Shown here piece by piece: positions 13,557-26,467 of a stretch of 64,000 nt of DNA (position 1 is its first letter; each line of letters starts with the position of its first letter). Below the pieces are notes generated by a model. The model was given only the letters and a program-made list of their open reading frames with translations, did not search any database and was not told the DNA's origin. The stretch comes from Antedon mediterranea (Eukaryota > Animalia > Echinodermata): positions 8,586,201 to 8,650,200 of the forward strand of contig NC_092679.1 of the NCBI RefSeq assembly GCF_964355755.1, in the 5' to 3' direction. The translations under genes and the position numbers were made by a program.

Positions 13557-14899
13557 TCAGCGAGAGAGAGATAGATCATCGAGAGAGAGATAGATCAGCG
13601 AGAGAGAGATAGATAGATAAGCGAGAGAGAGATAGATAGATCAGCGAGAGAGAGATAGATCAGCGAAAGAGAGATAGATAGATCAGCGAGAGAGAGATAA
13701 ATCAGCGAGAGAGATAGATTAGCGAGAGAGAGAGATAGATAAGCGAGAGAGAGAAAGATCAGCGAGAGAGAGATAGATCAGCGAGAGAGAGATAGATCAG
13801 CGAGAGAGATAGATCAGCGAGAGAGAGAAATAGATCAGCGAGAGAGAGAAAGATAGATCAGCGAGAGAGAGATAGATCAGCGAGAGAGAGATAGATAAGC
13901 GAGAGAGAGATAGATTAGCGAGAGGGATAGATCAGCGAGAGAGAGATAGATCAGCGAGAGAGAGAGATCAGCGAGAAAGAGAGATAGATCAGCGAGACAG
14001 AGATAGATCAGCGAGAGAGAGATAGATCAGCGAGAGAGAGATAGATCAGCGAGAGAGAGATAGATCAGCGAGAGAGAGAGAGAGAGATCAGCGAGAGAGA
14101 GAGAGAGAGATAGATCAGCGAGAGAGAGATAGATCAGCGAGAGAGAGAGATAGATCAGCGAGAGAGAGTGAGAGAGATAGATCAGCGAGAGAGAGATAGA
14201 TCAGCGAGAGAGAGATAGATAGATCAGCGAGAGAGAGATAGATAGATCAGCGAGAGAGAGATAGATCAGCGAGAGAGAGATAGATAGATCAGCGAGAGAG
14301 AGATAGGTCAGCGAGAGAGAGATAGATCAGCGAGAGAGATAGATAGATCAGCGAGAGAGAGATAGATCAGCGAGAGAGAGAGAGAGAGATAGATCAGCGA
14401 GAGAGAGAGATAGATCAGCGAGAGAGAGATAGATCAGCGAGAGAGAGATAGGTCAGCGACAGAGAGATAGATCAGCGAGAGAGAGATAGATAGATCAGCG
14501 AGAGAGAGATAGATCAGCTAAAGAGAGATAGATAGATCAGCGAGAGAGAGATAGATCAGCGAGAGAGATAGATTAGCAACAGAGAGATAGATCAGCGAGA
14601 GAGAGATAGATCAGCGAGAGAGATATAGATCAGCGAGAGAGAGATAGATCAGCGAGAGAGAGATAGATCAGCGAGAGAGAGATAGATCAGCGAGAGAGAG
14701 AAAGATCAGCGAGAGAGAGATAGATCAGTGAGAGAGAGATAGATCAGTGAGAGAGAGATAGATTAGCGAGAGAGAGATAGATCAGCGAGAGAGAAAGAGA
14801 TAGATCAGAGAGAGAGAGATAGATCAGCGAGAGAGAGATAGATCAGCGAGAGAGAGATAGATTAGCAAGAGAGAGATAGATCAGCGAGAGAGAGATAGA

Positions 14900-14932
<33 letters not shown>

Positions 14933-17900
14933 TCAGCGAGAGAGAGATAGATCATCGAGAGAGAGATAGATCAGCGAGAGAGAGATAGATAGATAAGCGA
15001 GAGAGAGATAGATAGATCAGCGAGAGAGAGATAGATCAGCGAAAGAGAGATAGATAGATCAGCGAGAGAGAGATAAATCAGCGAGAGAGATAGATTAGCG
15101 AGAGAGAGAGATAGATAAGCGAGAGAGAGAAAGATCAGCGAGAGAGAGATAGATCAGCGAGAGAGAGATAGATCAGCGAGAGAGATAGATCAGCGAGAGA
15201 GAGAAATAGATCAGCGAGAGAGAGAAAGATAGATCAGCGAGAGAGAGATAGATCAGCGAGAGAGAGATAGATAAGCGAGAGAGAGATAGATTAGCGAGAG
15301 GGATAGATCAGCGAGAGAGAGATAGATCAGCGAGAGAGAGAGATCAGCGAGAAAGAGAGATAGATCAGCGAGACAGAGATAGATCAGCGAGAGAGAGATA
15401 GATCAGCGAGAGAGAGATAGATCAGCGAGAGAGAGATAGATCAGCGAGAGAGAGAGAGAGAGATCAGCGAGAGAGAGAGAGAGAGATAGATCAGCGAGAG
15501 AGAGATAGATCAGCGAGAGAGAGAGATAGATCAGCGAGAGAGAGTGAGAGAGATAGATCAGCGAGAGAGAGATAGATCAGCGAGAGAGAGAGAGATAGAT
15601 CAGCGAGAGAGAGATAGATAGATCAGCGAGAGAGAGATAGATCAGCGAGAGAGAGATAGATAGATCAGCGAGAGAGAGATAGGTCAGCGAGAGAGAGATA
15701 GATCAGCGAGAGAGATAGATAGATCAGCGAGAGAGAGATAGATCAGCGAGAGAGAGAGAGAGAGATAGATCAGCGAGAGAGAGAGAGATAGATCAGCGAG
15801 AGAGAGATAGATCAGCGAGAGAGAGATAGGTCAGCGACAGAGAGATAGATCAGCGAGAGAGAGATAGATAGATCAGCGAGAGAGAGATAGATCAGCTAAA
15901 GAGAGATAGATAGATCAGCGAGAGAGAGATAGATCAGCGAGAGAGATAGATTAGCGAGAGAGAGATAGATCAGCGAGAGAGAGATAGATAGATCAGCGAG
16001 AGAGAGATAGATCAGCGAGAGAGAGATAGATCAGCGAGAGAGAGATAGATCAGCGAGAGAGAGATAGATCAGCGAGAGAGAGATAGATCAGCGAGAGAGA
16101 GATAGATCAGCGAGAGAGAGAGATAGATCAGCGAGATAGAGAAAGATCAGCGAGAGAGAGATAGATCAGCGACAGAGAGATAGATCAGCGAGAGAGAGAT
16201 AGATCAGCGAGAGAGATATAGATCAGCGAGAGAGAGAGAGATAGATCAGCGAGAGCGAGATAGATTAGCGAGAGAGAGATAGATCAGCGAGAGAGAGAGA
16301 TAGATAAGCGAGAGAGAAAGAGAGATAGATCAGCGAGAAAGAGATAGATCAGCGAGAGAGATAGATAGATCAGCGAGAGAGAGAAAAAGAGATAGATCAG
16401 CGAGAGAGAGGGAGAGAGATAGATCAGCGAGAGAGAGAGAGATAGATCAGCGAGAGAGAGATAGATCAGCGAGAGGGAGAGATAGATCAGCGAGAGAGAT
16501 AGATCAGCGAGAGGGAGATAGATCAGCGAGAGAGAGATAGCTCAGCGAGAGAGAGAGAGATAGATCAACGAGAGAGAGAGATAGATCAGCGAGAGAGAGA
16601 GAGATCAGCGAGAGAGAGACAGATCAGCGAGAGAGAGATAGATCAGCGAGAGAGAGATAGATAGATCAGCGAGAGAGAGATAGATCAGCGAGAGAGATAT
16701 AGATCAGCGAGAGAGAGATAGATCAGCGAGAGATAGATAGATAAGCGAGAGAGAGATAGATCAGCAAGAGAGAGATAGATCAGCGAGAGAGAGAGATAGA
16801 TCAGCGAGAGCGAGATAGATTAGCGAGAGAGAGATAGATCAGCGAGAGAAAGATAGATCAGCGAGAAAGAGATAGATCAGCGAGAGAGATAGATAGATCA
16901 GCGAGAAAGAGATAGATCAGCGAGAGAGAGAGAGAGATAGATCAGCGAGAGAGAGAGAGATAGATCAGCGAGAGAGAGATAGATCAGCGAGAGAGAGATA
17001 GATCAGCGAGAGGGAGAGATAGATCAGCGAGAGAGATATAGATCAGCGAGAGAGAGATAGATCAGCGAGAGAGAGAGATAGATCAGCGAGAGAGAGATAG
17101 ATCAGCGAGAGAGAGAGATAAATCAGCGAGAGAGAGAGAGAGATAGATCAGCGAGAATGAGAAAGATCAGCGAGAGAGAGAGATAGATCAGCGACAGAGA
17201 GATAGATCAGCGAGAGAGAGATAGATCAGCGAGAGAGAGAGATCAGCGAGAGAGAGATAGATCAGCGAGAGAGATAGATTAGCGAGAGAGAGATAGATAG
17301 ATGAGCGAGAGAGAGATAGATCAGCGAGAGAGAGATAGATCAGCGAGAGAGAGATAGATCAGCGAGAGAGAGATAGATAGATCAGCGAGAGAGATAGATA
17401 GATCAGCGAGAGAGAGATAGATAGATCAGCAAGAGAGAGATAGATGAGCGAGAGAGATAGATCAGCGAGAGAGATAGATAGATCAGCGAGAGAGAGAGAT
17501 AGATCAGCGAGAGAGAGAGAGAGAGATAGATAAGCGAGAGAGAGAGATAGATCAGCGAGAGAGAGATAGATCAGCGAGAGAGAGATAGATCAGCGAGAGG
17601 GAGAGATAGATCAGCGAGAGAGAGAGAGATAGATCAGCGAGAGAGATAGATCAGCGAGAGAGAGATAGATCAGCGAGAGAGAAAGATAGATCAGCGGGGG
17701 AGAGATAGATCAGCGAGAGAGAGATAGATCAGCGAGAGAGATAGATCAGCGAGAGAGAGATAGATCAGCGAGAGAGAGAGAGAGATGGATCAGTGAGAGA
17801 GAGAGATAGATCAGCGAGATAGAGAAAGATCTGCGAGAGAGAGATTGATCAGCGACAGAGAGATAGATCAGCGAAAGAGAGATAGATCAGCGAGAGAGAT

Positions 17901-19023
17901 ATAGATCAGCGAGAGAGAGATAGATCAGCGAGAGAGAGATAGATCAGCGAGAGAGAGAAAGATCAGCGAGCATTAGGAGAACGAGCCCTATTTAGCGTGA
18001 GCTTTTGCCTCTGGCATCTTACTTGTTTATTTTTGCCTAAAGCCAGTCATTAATGTCTTAGGCAATTAATAAATCACGTAACACCTTGTTCATCTTCCAG
18101 GCTCAGCCTTCCTTGCTTCTGATTGGCTGCAATGCACAGCCTATTTTGGAATTGGTCACTCATTGTATTTAGAAACCACCATTATACCATGGGTAAATTT
18201 TTTGCACACAAAATTAAAGAATGCAAGTGGCCTTGTGGTTAGCAAGGTCAGTTCTAATCTAACAGCAGGGAGCCAAAGAATGAACTGTAGAGATGAGTTT
18301 AAATTAAAAATTTGTGTTTTGTGCACCCAGACTAAAATCGCTGGAAAAGCAAAAACTTTTGTTTTGAAATTAAAACTATATTTATAAACTATTTCATGTT
18401 CTTCAGCTGAGATCTCAAAATGATCTCTATGGATTTGCCACCCCTCTAATGTTAAATATATAGGCCTATAATAAATAGTACAGTAATACTATTTCAAATT
18501 ATAAGCAAACAATTAAATACTGTATTTTATAATCATATTTTATATAATAGTTACTTTATGTCTCAATTATAAACCCCTTTTCTTGAGTATACCCCAATTG
18601 TATGCACATTTATGGAGGAAATATATATTTATGTTTTTCTCAATACATAATAGTTCAGTTTTTTTTTCACATTAATGTGACATTTGTTTGTCTAAGTTGT
18701 GTGAAGTAATGATACCAAAAATGTTAACTCTTAATTTGTAACTCCTGAATTGTAATCAATAGATTAGGTCTAAGTAAATATTAAAAAATGGTTGTTAATG
18801 TTACAGATGGAACATTTTTGTTATAGGCCAGGATATCATTATTTTAACGATTAACTAAAAAATCAGATACTGTAATTAATACACTGAATAAAATCTTTAT
18901 GTGCATGTTATATATTTATTTTAATTTGAAAATTAACAATTGCCATGTAAACATATATTATGGGCCTAATTTGAATTAAATTTTATAGAGTATAATTATA
19001 TTCTTAAAAAATTCCTGTCCATT

Positions 19024-19739
19024 AAAAAACAAGGCCAACAGCCATTAAGTCGCGTGCTACAATGCATAGTGATACCGGACCGACCGACAGACAGACTGAC
19101 AGACCGACCGACATAGTGAACTACTGAACATGTGTAAAAATGTTGAAATGTTTAAAAACATTTATATTTTTTTAATTTACACGTGCGTAGCCTGTCACTT
19201 TTGACGTGCTCATATAACGTAATTTCTAGTTGAAAAGTAAGTCAAGAAAACAGAAATCGGGCAAAAAGAGTGCGCAATAACATTTAACGCGCAGTGCGCG
19301 CTCAAAAATCTGCGCACTCATGGCAATTTTGTAAACGCTTAAAATTGCCTGAAACGTACTCTTATTTCATCGAAAATAAATTTTGAAAATTTTAAGCGCG
19401 CGTACGCATGCGTTACATGCGCTACGCACGTAATTGTATTGCCATGATTTATGCCCTGAAATTTATGAGTACCAAATTTTATTTAATTGTGATTCATGGT
19501 TGTGAAGATATGATTACAAACGTGATTTCGTTAAATCGTGCGTAGACCGTGTAATTTTTTATTGCGCACCGTGAAAACATAACCACATCGATTCCTGGCC
19601 ATAAGGAATATACTGTGAAAAATTGACTTAGCTAGATTAAACTGATATCAAGATAAGGTCAGAAAGCGATAACATGCATAGTGATACCGGACCGACAGAC
19701 AGACAGACCGACAGACCGACCGACATAGTGAACTATAGA
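19024..19739. mobile_element. HINE/DINE-1-like non-autonomous Helentron remnant nested in the TIR element
   Basis: Starts AAAAAACAAGGCC with subterminal AGTCGCGTG (19048-19056). Two copies of ATGCATAGTGATACCGGACC-(GACA/GACC)n-GACATAGTGAACTA at ~19062 and ~19674. The tetranucleotide microsatellite is typical of HINEs. The terminal hairpin is missing. Confidence 0.6.
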
Positions 19740-20893
19740 TATATAAAAATGTGAACCTGCATAATGCGATAAAGTATTGTTGGCACATATATTAAATCCC
19801 GTCACAGTATATCTTGTATCCTTTAACATTTGGAATGAGTTGGTGCATGGTAAGATATAGGAATATGGATTATGAAGGGGATGAAAAAATGTGAAAAAGA
19901 TAGCACAATTTCTCAAATAGGTATACCGTACGTACAATTTCTCAAAGAAGTAGCACAACTTTCGGAATGGATTGCACAATTTCTCAAAGAGGTAGCACAA
20001 TTTCCCGAATGGTTAGCACAATGTCTCAAAGAGGTAGCACAATTTCCCAAATGGTTAGCACAATTTCTCAAAGAGGTAGCACAATTTCCCGAATGGTTAG
20101 CACAATTTCTCAAAGAGGTAGCACAAAATCTCCCGAATAATGGCGGATTGCATAATTTCTCAAAGAGGTAGCACAATTTCCGGAATGGTTAGCACAATTT
20201 CTCAAAGAGGTAGCACAATTTCCCGAATGGGTAGCACAATTTCCCGAATGGTTAGCACAATTTCTCAAAGAGGTAGCACAATTTCCCGAATGGGTAGCAC
20301 AATTTCCCGAATGGTTAGCACAATTTCTCAAAGAGGTAGCACAATTTCCCGAATGGGTAGCACAATTTCTCAAAGAGGTAGCACAATTTCCCGAATGGTT
20401 AGCACAATTATTTCTCAAAAAGGTAGCACAATTTCCTGAATGTTGCATATTGCACAATTTCTCAAAGAGGAGCACAATTTTTTTAATGGATTGCACACTT
20501 TCTCAAATGTAGGTAGCACAATATTTCGTGATTGTATGACCACAATTGTACTGGGAAGGTTTTAAACTATATTTAAAAAAATCACAGTGTGCAGAGGTTA
20601 GAGGGGTTGGAGGCTTAGTGATTTGCTGGGGTTAGTATCAATGACCACATGAGTAATGTGAACTGGGGGTATGTTTTAACTGCATTTGAAAACCGTCATA
20701 GAGCCGGGGTTTGCAATAGAATTTGTACCAGGAAGTTTAACATTATAAGTTAAAAAATCCCCGAGTGCGGGTGTGTGTTGGGGAGGTGGGTGCATTTTAG
20801 GGCATCTGGATAATGAGTTATCAAATGATCGGGAATGTACTGTGAAGTTTTAAAACTACATAGGAAACCCGCCCGGGCGTGTATAATTGCTAG
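19740..20893 (+). mobile_element. Possible non-autonomous Helitron carrying the 21-bp minisatellite
   Basis: Palindrome CGCCCGGGCG (20870-20879) lies 10 nt upstream of CTAG|T (20890-20894), the Helitron 3' signature. The 5' side TATATAAAAATG at ~19740 resembles a Helitron start, but the TC terminus is not intact. Confidence 0.45.
19900..20522. repeat. 21-bp minisatellite with 42-bp dimeric structure
   Basis: Alternating TAGCACAATTTCTCAAAGAGG / TAGCACAATTTCCCGAATGGT units, about 29 units. Explains the repetitive ORFs at 19872-20496. Confidence 0.95.
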
Positions 20894-21883
20894 TCATCAA
20901 TGTTTTAAAATACTAGCTAGAGTGCTAAAGTGAACATAATGTATGTAGGCCTATGTGCAGTTTTCTTAGAATAACATAAACAACTAAAATGAGGCATAAT
21001 CCTTCTATTATAATATCGTATAACATCAACTTGTTATTACACAATAAAAAGGATTGTTATTTATATGGGTTTCGTTTATGTTTATTAACATTCATTCAAT
21101 TACATTTTTTTAAATAAAAAGATTTATTTTTTAGATTGTTTAGTATTATTAATTAATTCATATATCTGGTCCTATATACTAATATAGCGCAAACACTTTT
21201 TGGGAAGCGTATGGGTACCACCCCCTACGGCTACATTATTTTATTTGAATTTCCCGCTCATATTCTCAAAAATTGTAGGCCTACCTATACCAGGGAGTTG
21301 TTATTCCCTGCCTATACCTCAGCCCGAGTCTGATGTGATGGTGTACCTCTTGACATTCCTACCAAATCCCATCGCACCATCCCAGTTTATTTCAGAATCA
21401 ATTTGTAGTAGGCTATGTATTTCATTGGTAAATTAATAAAATTAAAATTATTCAAATGTAATTGGTTGATCGCTTGACTACTCAATCTAAGGTTGAACTT
21501 TGTAGCTCCCCATACAATGTTGTTAAAAATTAATGTACAAAATCGAAAAGGAAACATGGAAATAAAGGCTTACTTAAATGATTATAAGGCGTGAAAAGGC
21601 TATTATATAAATATTCATTTATTTCATGAAATCAAACTATTACCTAATCATTAAAACATGCTGTAACTGAAACCTGATGCTGTCGGTGATTGGCTGTTGG
21701 CAAACAAAGTGGGCTTGGCCTCTTTTAGTACCCAGATACTTTCCTGCATGATTGATGGCCACTGTTCTGTTAATTACCCATCAACAAGACTGATCAGGGT
21801 CAAAACAATTACAGGCAATTATAGTACCCCGGGTTAGCCGGGGTACTAAAAGCTCACGTTAAATAGGGCTCGTTTTCCTAATG

Positions 21884-22121
21884 AGAGAGATAGATCAGCG
21901 AGAGAGATAGATCAGCGAGAGAGAGAGAGAGATAGATCAGCGAGAGAGAGAGAGATAGATCAGCGAGAGAGAGAGATAGATCAGCGAGAGAGAGATAGAT
22001 TAGCGAGAGAGAGATAGATCAGCGAGAGAGAGATAGATCAGCGAGAGAGAGATAGATCAGCGAGAGAGAGAGATAGATCAGCGAGAGAGAGATAGATCAG
22101 CGAGAGAGAAAGAGAGATAGA

Positions 22122-22152
<31 letters not shown>

Positions 22153-22160
22153 TATACATC

Positions 22161-22191
<31 letters not shown>

Positions 22192-22266
22192 TACATCTGC
22201 GAGAGAGAGAGAGAGAGAGATAGATCAGAGAGAGAGAGAGAGAGATCAGCGAGAGAGAGATAGATC

Positions 22267-22321
<55 letters not shown>

Positions 22322-22376
22322 AGGGAGAGAGAGAGATCAGCGAGAGAGAGATAGATCAGGTAGAGAGAGATAGATC

Positions 22377-22425
<49 letters not shown>

Positions 22426-24042
22426 AGCGAGAGAGAGAGATAGATCAGCGAGAGAGAGAGAGAGAGAAAAAGAGATAGATCAGCGAGAGATAGATAGATC
22501 AGCGAGAGAGAGATAGATCAGCGAGAAAGAGATAGATCAGCGAGAGAGAGATATATCAGCGAGAGAGAGATAGATAGATCAGCGAGAGAGAGATAGATAG
22601 ATCAGCGAGAAAGAGATAGATAGATCAGCGAGAGAGAGAGATAGATAGATCAGCGAGAGACAGATAGATAGATCAGCGAGAGAGAGATAGATAGATCAGC
22701 GAGAGACAGATAGATAGATCAGCAAGAGACAGATAGATAGATCAGCGAGAGAGAGATAGATAGATCAGCGAGAGAGAGAGATATAGATCAGCGAGCGAGA
22801 GATAGATCAGCGAGAGAGAGATAGATCAGCGAGAGAGAGATAGATCAGCGAGATAGAGATAGATCAGCGAGAGAGAGATAGATCAGCGAGAGAGAGATAG
22901 ATCAGCGAGAGAGAGATAGATCAGCGAGAGAGAGAGATAGATAGATCAGCGAGAGAGAGAGATAGATCAGCGAGAGATAGATAGATCAGCGAGAGAGAGA
23001 TAGATGAGCTAGAGAGAGATAGATCAGCGAGAGAGAGATAGGTCAGCGAGAGAGAGATAGATAGATCAGCGAGAGAGAGAAAGATAGATCAGCGAGAGAG
23101 AGATAGATAGATCAGCGAGAGAGAGATAGATAGATCAGCGAGAGAGAGATAGATGAGCGAGAGAGAGATAGATCAGTGAGAGAGAGATAGATCAGCGAGA
23201 GAGATAGATCAGCGAGAGAGAGAGAGATAGATCAGCGAGAGAGATAGATCAGCGAGAGAGAGATAGATCAGCGAGAGAGAGATAGATCAGCGAGAGAGAA
23301 AGGTAGATCAGCGGGGGAGAGATAGATCAGCGAGAGAGAGATAGATCAGCGAGAGAGATAGATCAGCGAGAGAGAGATAGATCAGCGAGAGAGAGAGAGA
23401 GATGGATCAGCGAGAGAGAGAGATAGATCAGCGAGATAGAGAAAGATTTGCGAGAGAGAGATTGATCAGCGACAGAGAGATAGATCAGCGAAAGAGAGAT
23501 AGATCAGCGAGAGAGATATAGATCAGCGAGAGAGAGATAGATCAGCGAGAGAGAGATAGATCAGCGAGAGAGAGAGAGAAAGATCTGCGAGAGAGAGATA
23601 GATCAGCGAGAGAGAGATAGATCAGCGAGAGAGAGATAGATCAGCGAGAGAGAGAGAGAGATAGATCAGCGAGAGAGAGAGATAGATCAGCGAGAGAGAG
23701 AGATAGATCAGCGAGAGAGAGATAGATTAGCGAGAGAGAGATAGATCAGCGAGAGAGAGATAGATCAGCGAGAGAGAGATAGATCAGCGAGAGAGAGAGA
23801 TAGATCAGCGAGAGAGAGAGATAGATCAGCGAGAGAGAAAGAGAGATAGATCAGCGAGAGAGAGAGAGAGAGATACATCTGCGAGAGAGAGAGAGAGAGA
23901 GAGATAGATAGATCAGAGAGAGAGAGAGAGAGAGAGAGATCAGCGAGAGAGAGATAGATCAGGGAGAGAGAGAGAGAGAGAGAGATCAGGGAGAGAGAGA
24001 GATCAGCGAGAGAGAGATAGATCAGGTAGAGAGAGATAGATC

Positions 24043-24087
<45 letters not shown>

Positions 24088-24838
24088 AGCGAGAGAGAGA
24101 TAGATCAGCGAGAGAGAGAGAGAAAAAGAGATAGATCAGCGAGAGATAGATAGATCAGCGAGAGAGAGATAGATCAGCGAGAAAGAGATAGATCAGCGAG
24201 AGAGAGATATATCAGCGAGAGAGAGATAGATAGATCAGCGAGAGAGAGATAAATAGATCAGCGAGAGAGAGATAGATAGATCAGCGAGAGAGAGATAGAT
24301 AGACCAGCGAGAGACAGATAGATAGATCAGCGAGAGAGAGATAGATAGATCAGCGAGAGACAGATAGATAGATCAGCAAGAGACAGATAGATAGATCAGC
24401 GAGAGAGAGATAGATAGATCAGCGAGAGAGAGAGAGATATAGATCAGCGAGCGAGAGATAGATCAGCGAGAGAGAGATAGATCAGCGAGAGAGAGATAGA
24501 TCAGCGAGATAGAGATAGATCAGCGAGAGAGAGATAGATCAGCGAGAGAGAGATAGATCAGCGAGAGAGAGATAGATCAGCGAGAGAGAGAGAGATAGAT
24601 AGATCAGCGAGAGAGAGATAGATCAGCGAGAGATAGATAGATCAGCGAGAGAGAGATAGATCAGCGAGAGAGAGATAGATCAGCGAGAGATAGATAGATC
24701 AGCGAGAGACAGATAGATCAGCGAGAGAGAGATAGATCAGCGAGAGAGAGATAGATCAGCGAGAGAGAGATAGATCAACGAGAGATAGATAGATCAGCGA
24801 GAGAGAGAGATAGATCAGGTAGAGAGAGATAGATCAGC

Positions 24839-24876
<38 letters not shown>

Positions 24877-26295
24877 TCAGCGAGAGAGAGATAGATCAGC
24901 GAGAGAGAGAGAGAGAAAAAGAGATAGATCAGCGAGAGATAGATAGATCAGCGAGAGAGAGATAGATCAGCGAGAAAGAGATAGATCAGCGAGAGAGAGA
25001 AATATCAGCGAGAGAGAGATAGATAGATCAGCGAGAGAGATATAGATAGATCAGCGAGAGAGAGATAGATAGATCAGCGAGAGAGAGATAGATAGACCAG
25101 CGAGAGACAGATAGATAGATCAGCGAGAGAGAGATAGATAGATCAGCGAGAGACAGATAGATAGATCAGCAAGAAACAGATAGATAGATTACCGAGAGAG
25201 AGATAGATAGATCAGCGAGAGAGAGAGAGATATAGATCAGCGAGCGAGAGATAGATCAGCGAGAGAGAGATAGATCAGCGAGAGAGAGATAGATCAGCGA
25301 GATAGAGATAGATCAGCGAGAGAGAGATAGATCAGCGAGAGAGAGATAGATCAGCGAGAGAGAGATAGATCAGCGAGAGAGAGAGATAGATAGATCAGCG
25401 AGAGAGAGATAGATCAGCGAGAGATAGATAGATCAGCGAGAGAGAGATAGATGAGCGAGAGAGAGATAGATCAGCGAGAGAGAGATAGATTAGCGAGAGA
25501 GAGATAGATAGATCAGCGAGAGAGAGAAAGATAGATCAGCGAGAGAGAGATAGATAGATCAGCGAGAGAGAGATAGATAGATCAGCGAGAGAGAGATAGA
25601 TGAGCAAGAGAGAGATAGATCAGTGAGAGAGAGAGATAGATCAGCGAGAGAGATAGATCAGCGAGAGAGAGAGATAGATCAGCGAGAGAGAGAGAGATAG
25701 ATCAGCGAGAGAGATAGATCAGCGAGAGAGAGATAGATCAGCGAGAGAGAAAGATAGATCAGCGGGGGAGAGATAGATCAGCGAGAGAGAGATAGATCAG
25801 CGAGAGAGATAGATCAGCGAGAGAGAGATAGATCAGCGAGAGAGAGAGAGAGATGGATCAGCGAGAGAGAGAGATAGATCAGCGAGATAGAGAAAGATCT
25901 GCGAGAGAGAGATTGATCAGCGACAGAGAGATAGATCAGCGAAAGAGAGATAGATCAGCGAGAGAGATATAGATCAGCGATAGAGAGATAGATCAGCGAG
26001 AGAGAGATAGATCAGCAAGAGAGAGAAAGATCAGCGAGAGAGAGATAGATCAGCGAGAGAGAGATAGATCAGCGAGAGAGAGATAGATCAGCGAGAGAGA
26101 GAGAGAGATAGATCAGCAAGAGAGAGAGATAGATCAGCAAGAGAGAGAGATAGATCAGCGAGAGAGAGATAGATTAGCGAGAGAGAGATAGATCAGCGAG
26201 AGAGAGATAGATCAGCGAGAGAGAGATAGATCAGCGAGAGAGAGAGATAGATCAGCGAGAGAGAGATAGATCAGCGAGAGAGAAAGAGAGATAGA

Positions 26296-26334
<39 letters not shown>

Positions 26335-26405
26335 CATCTGCGAGAGAGAGAGAGAGAGATAGATCAGAGAGAGAGAGAGAGAGATCAGCGAGAGAGAGAT
26401 AGATC

Positions 26406-26467
<62 letters not shown>

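Larger units (their letters stand above)
1..17970. repeat. GA-rich ~19-bp minisatellite/satellite (consensus AGC-GAGAGAGAGA-TAGATC), block 1
   Basis: Unit AGCGAGAGAGAGATAGATC repeats continuously with variable (GA)n and extra GATA. The + strand is strongly purine-rich. Interrupted at 1642-2061, 4946-5064 and 8910-9028. Confidence 0.98.
17971..21883. mobile_element. Non-autonomous TIR DNA transposon (3913 bp, 36-bp TIRs, CATTAG...CTAATG termini)
   Basis: Left end CATTAGGAGAACGAGCCCTATTTAGCGTGAGCTTTT (17971-18006) matches the reverse complement of 21848-21883 (CATTAGGAAAACGAGCCCTATTTAACGTGAGCTTTT) at 34/36. The satellite resumes in phase on both sides. No transposase ORF. Confidence 0.92.

Noticed and set aside
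19659-20496. ORFs with 7/14-aa repeats (AQFLKEVAQFPEWL; CANHSGNCATSLRN)
   Set aside because: A 21-bp minisatellite is open in several frames on both strands, with frameshifts and no coding context.
18163-21436. Transposase remnants in the TIR element (ORFs 18163-18387, 21200-21436)
   Set aside because: Short, TTG-started and without recognisable DDE or zinc-finger motifs.
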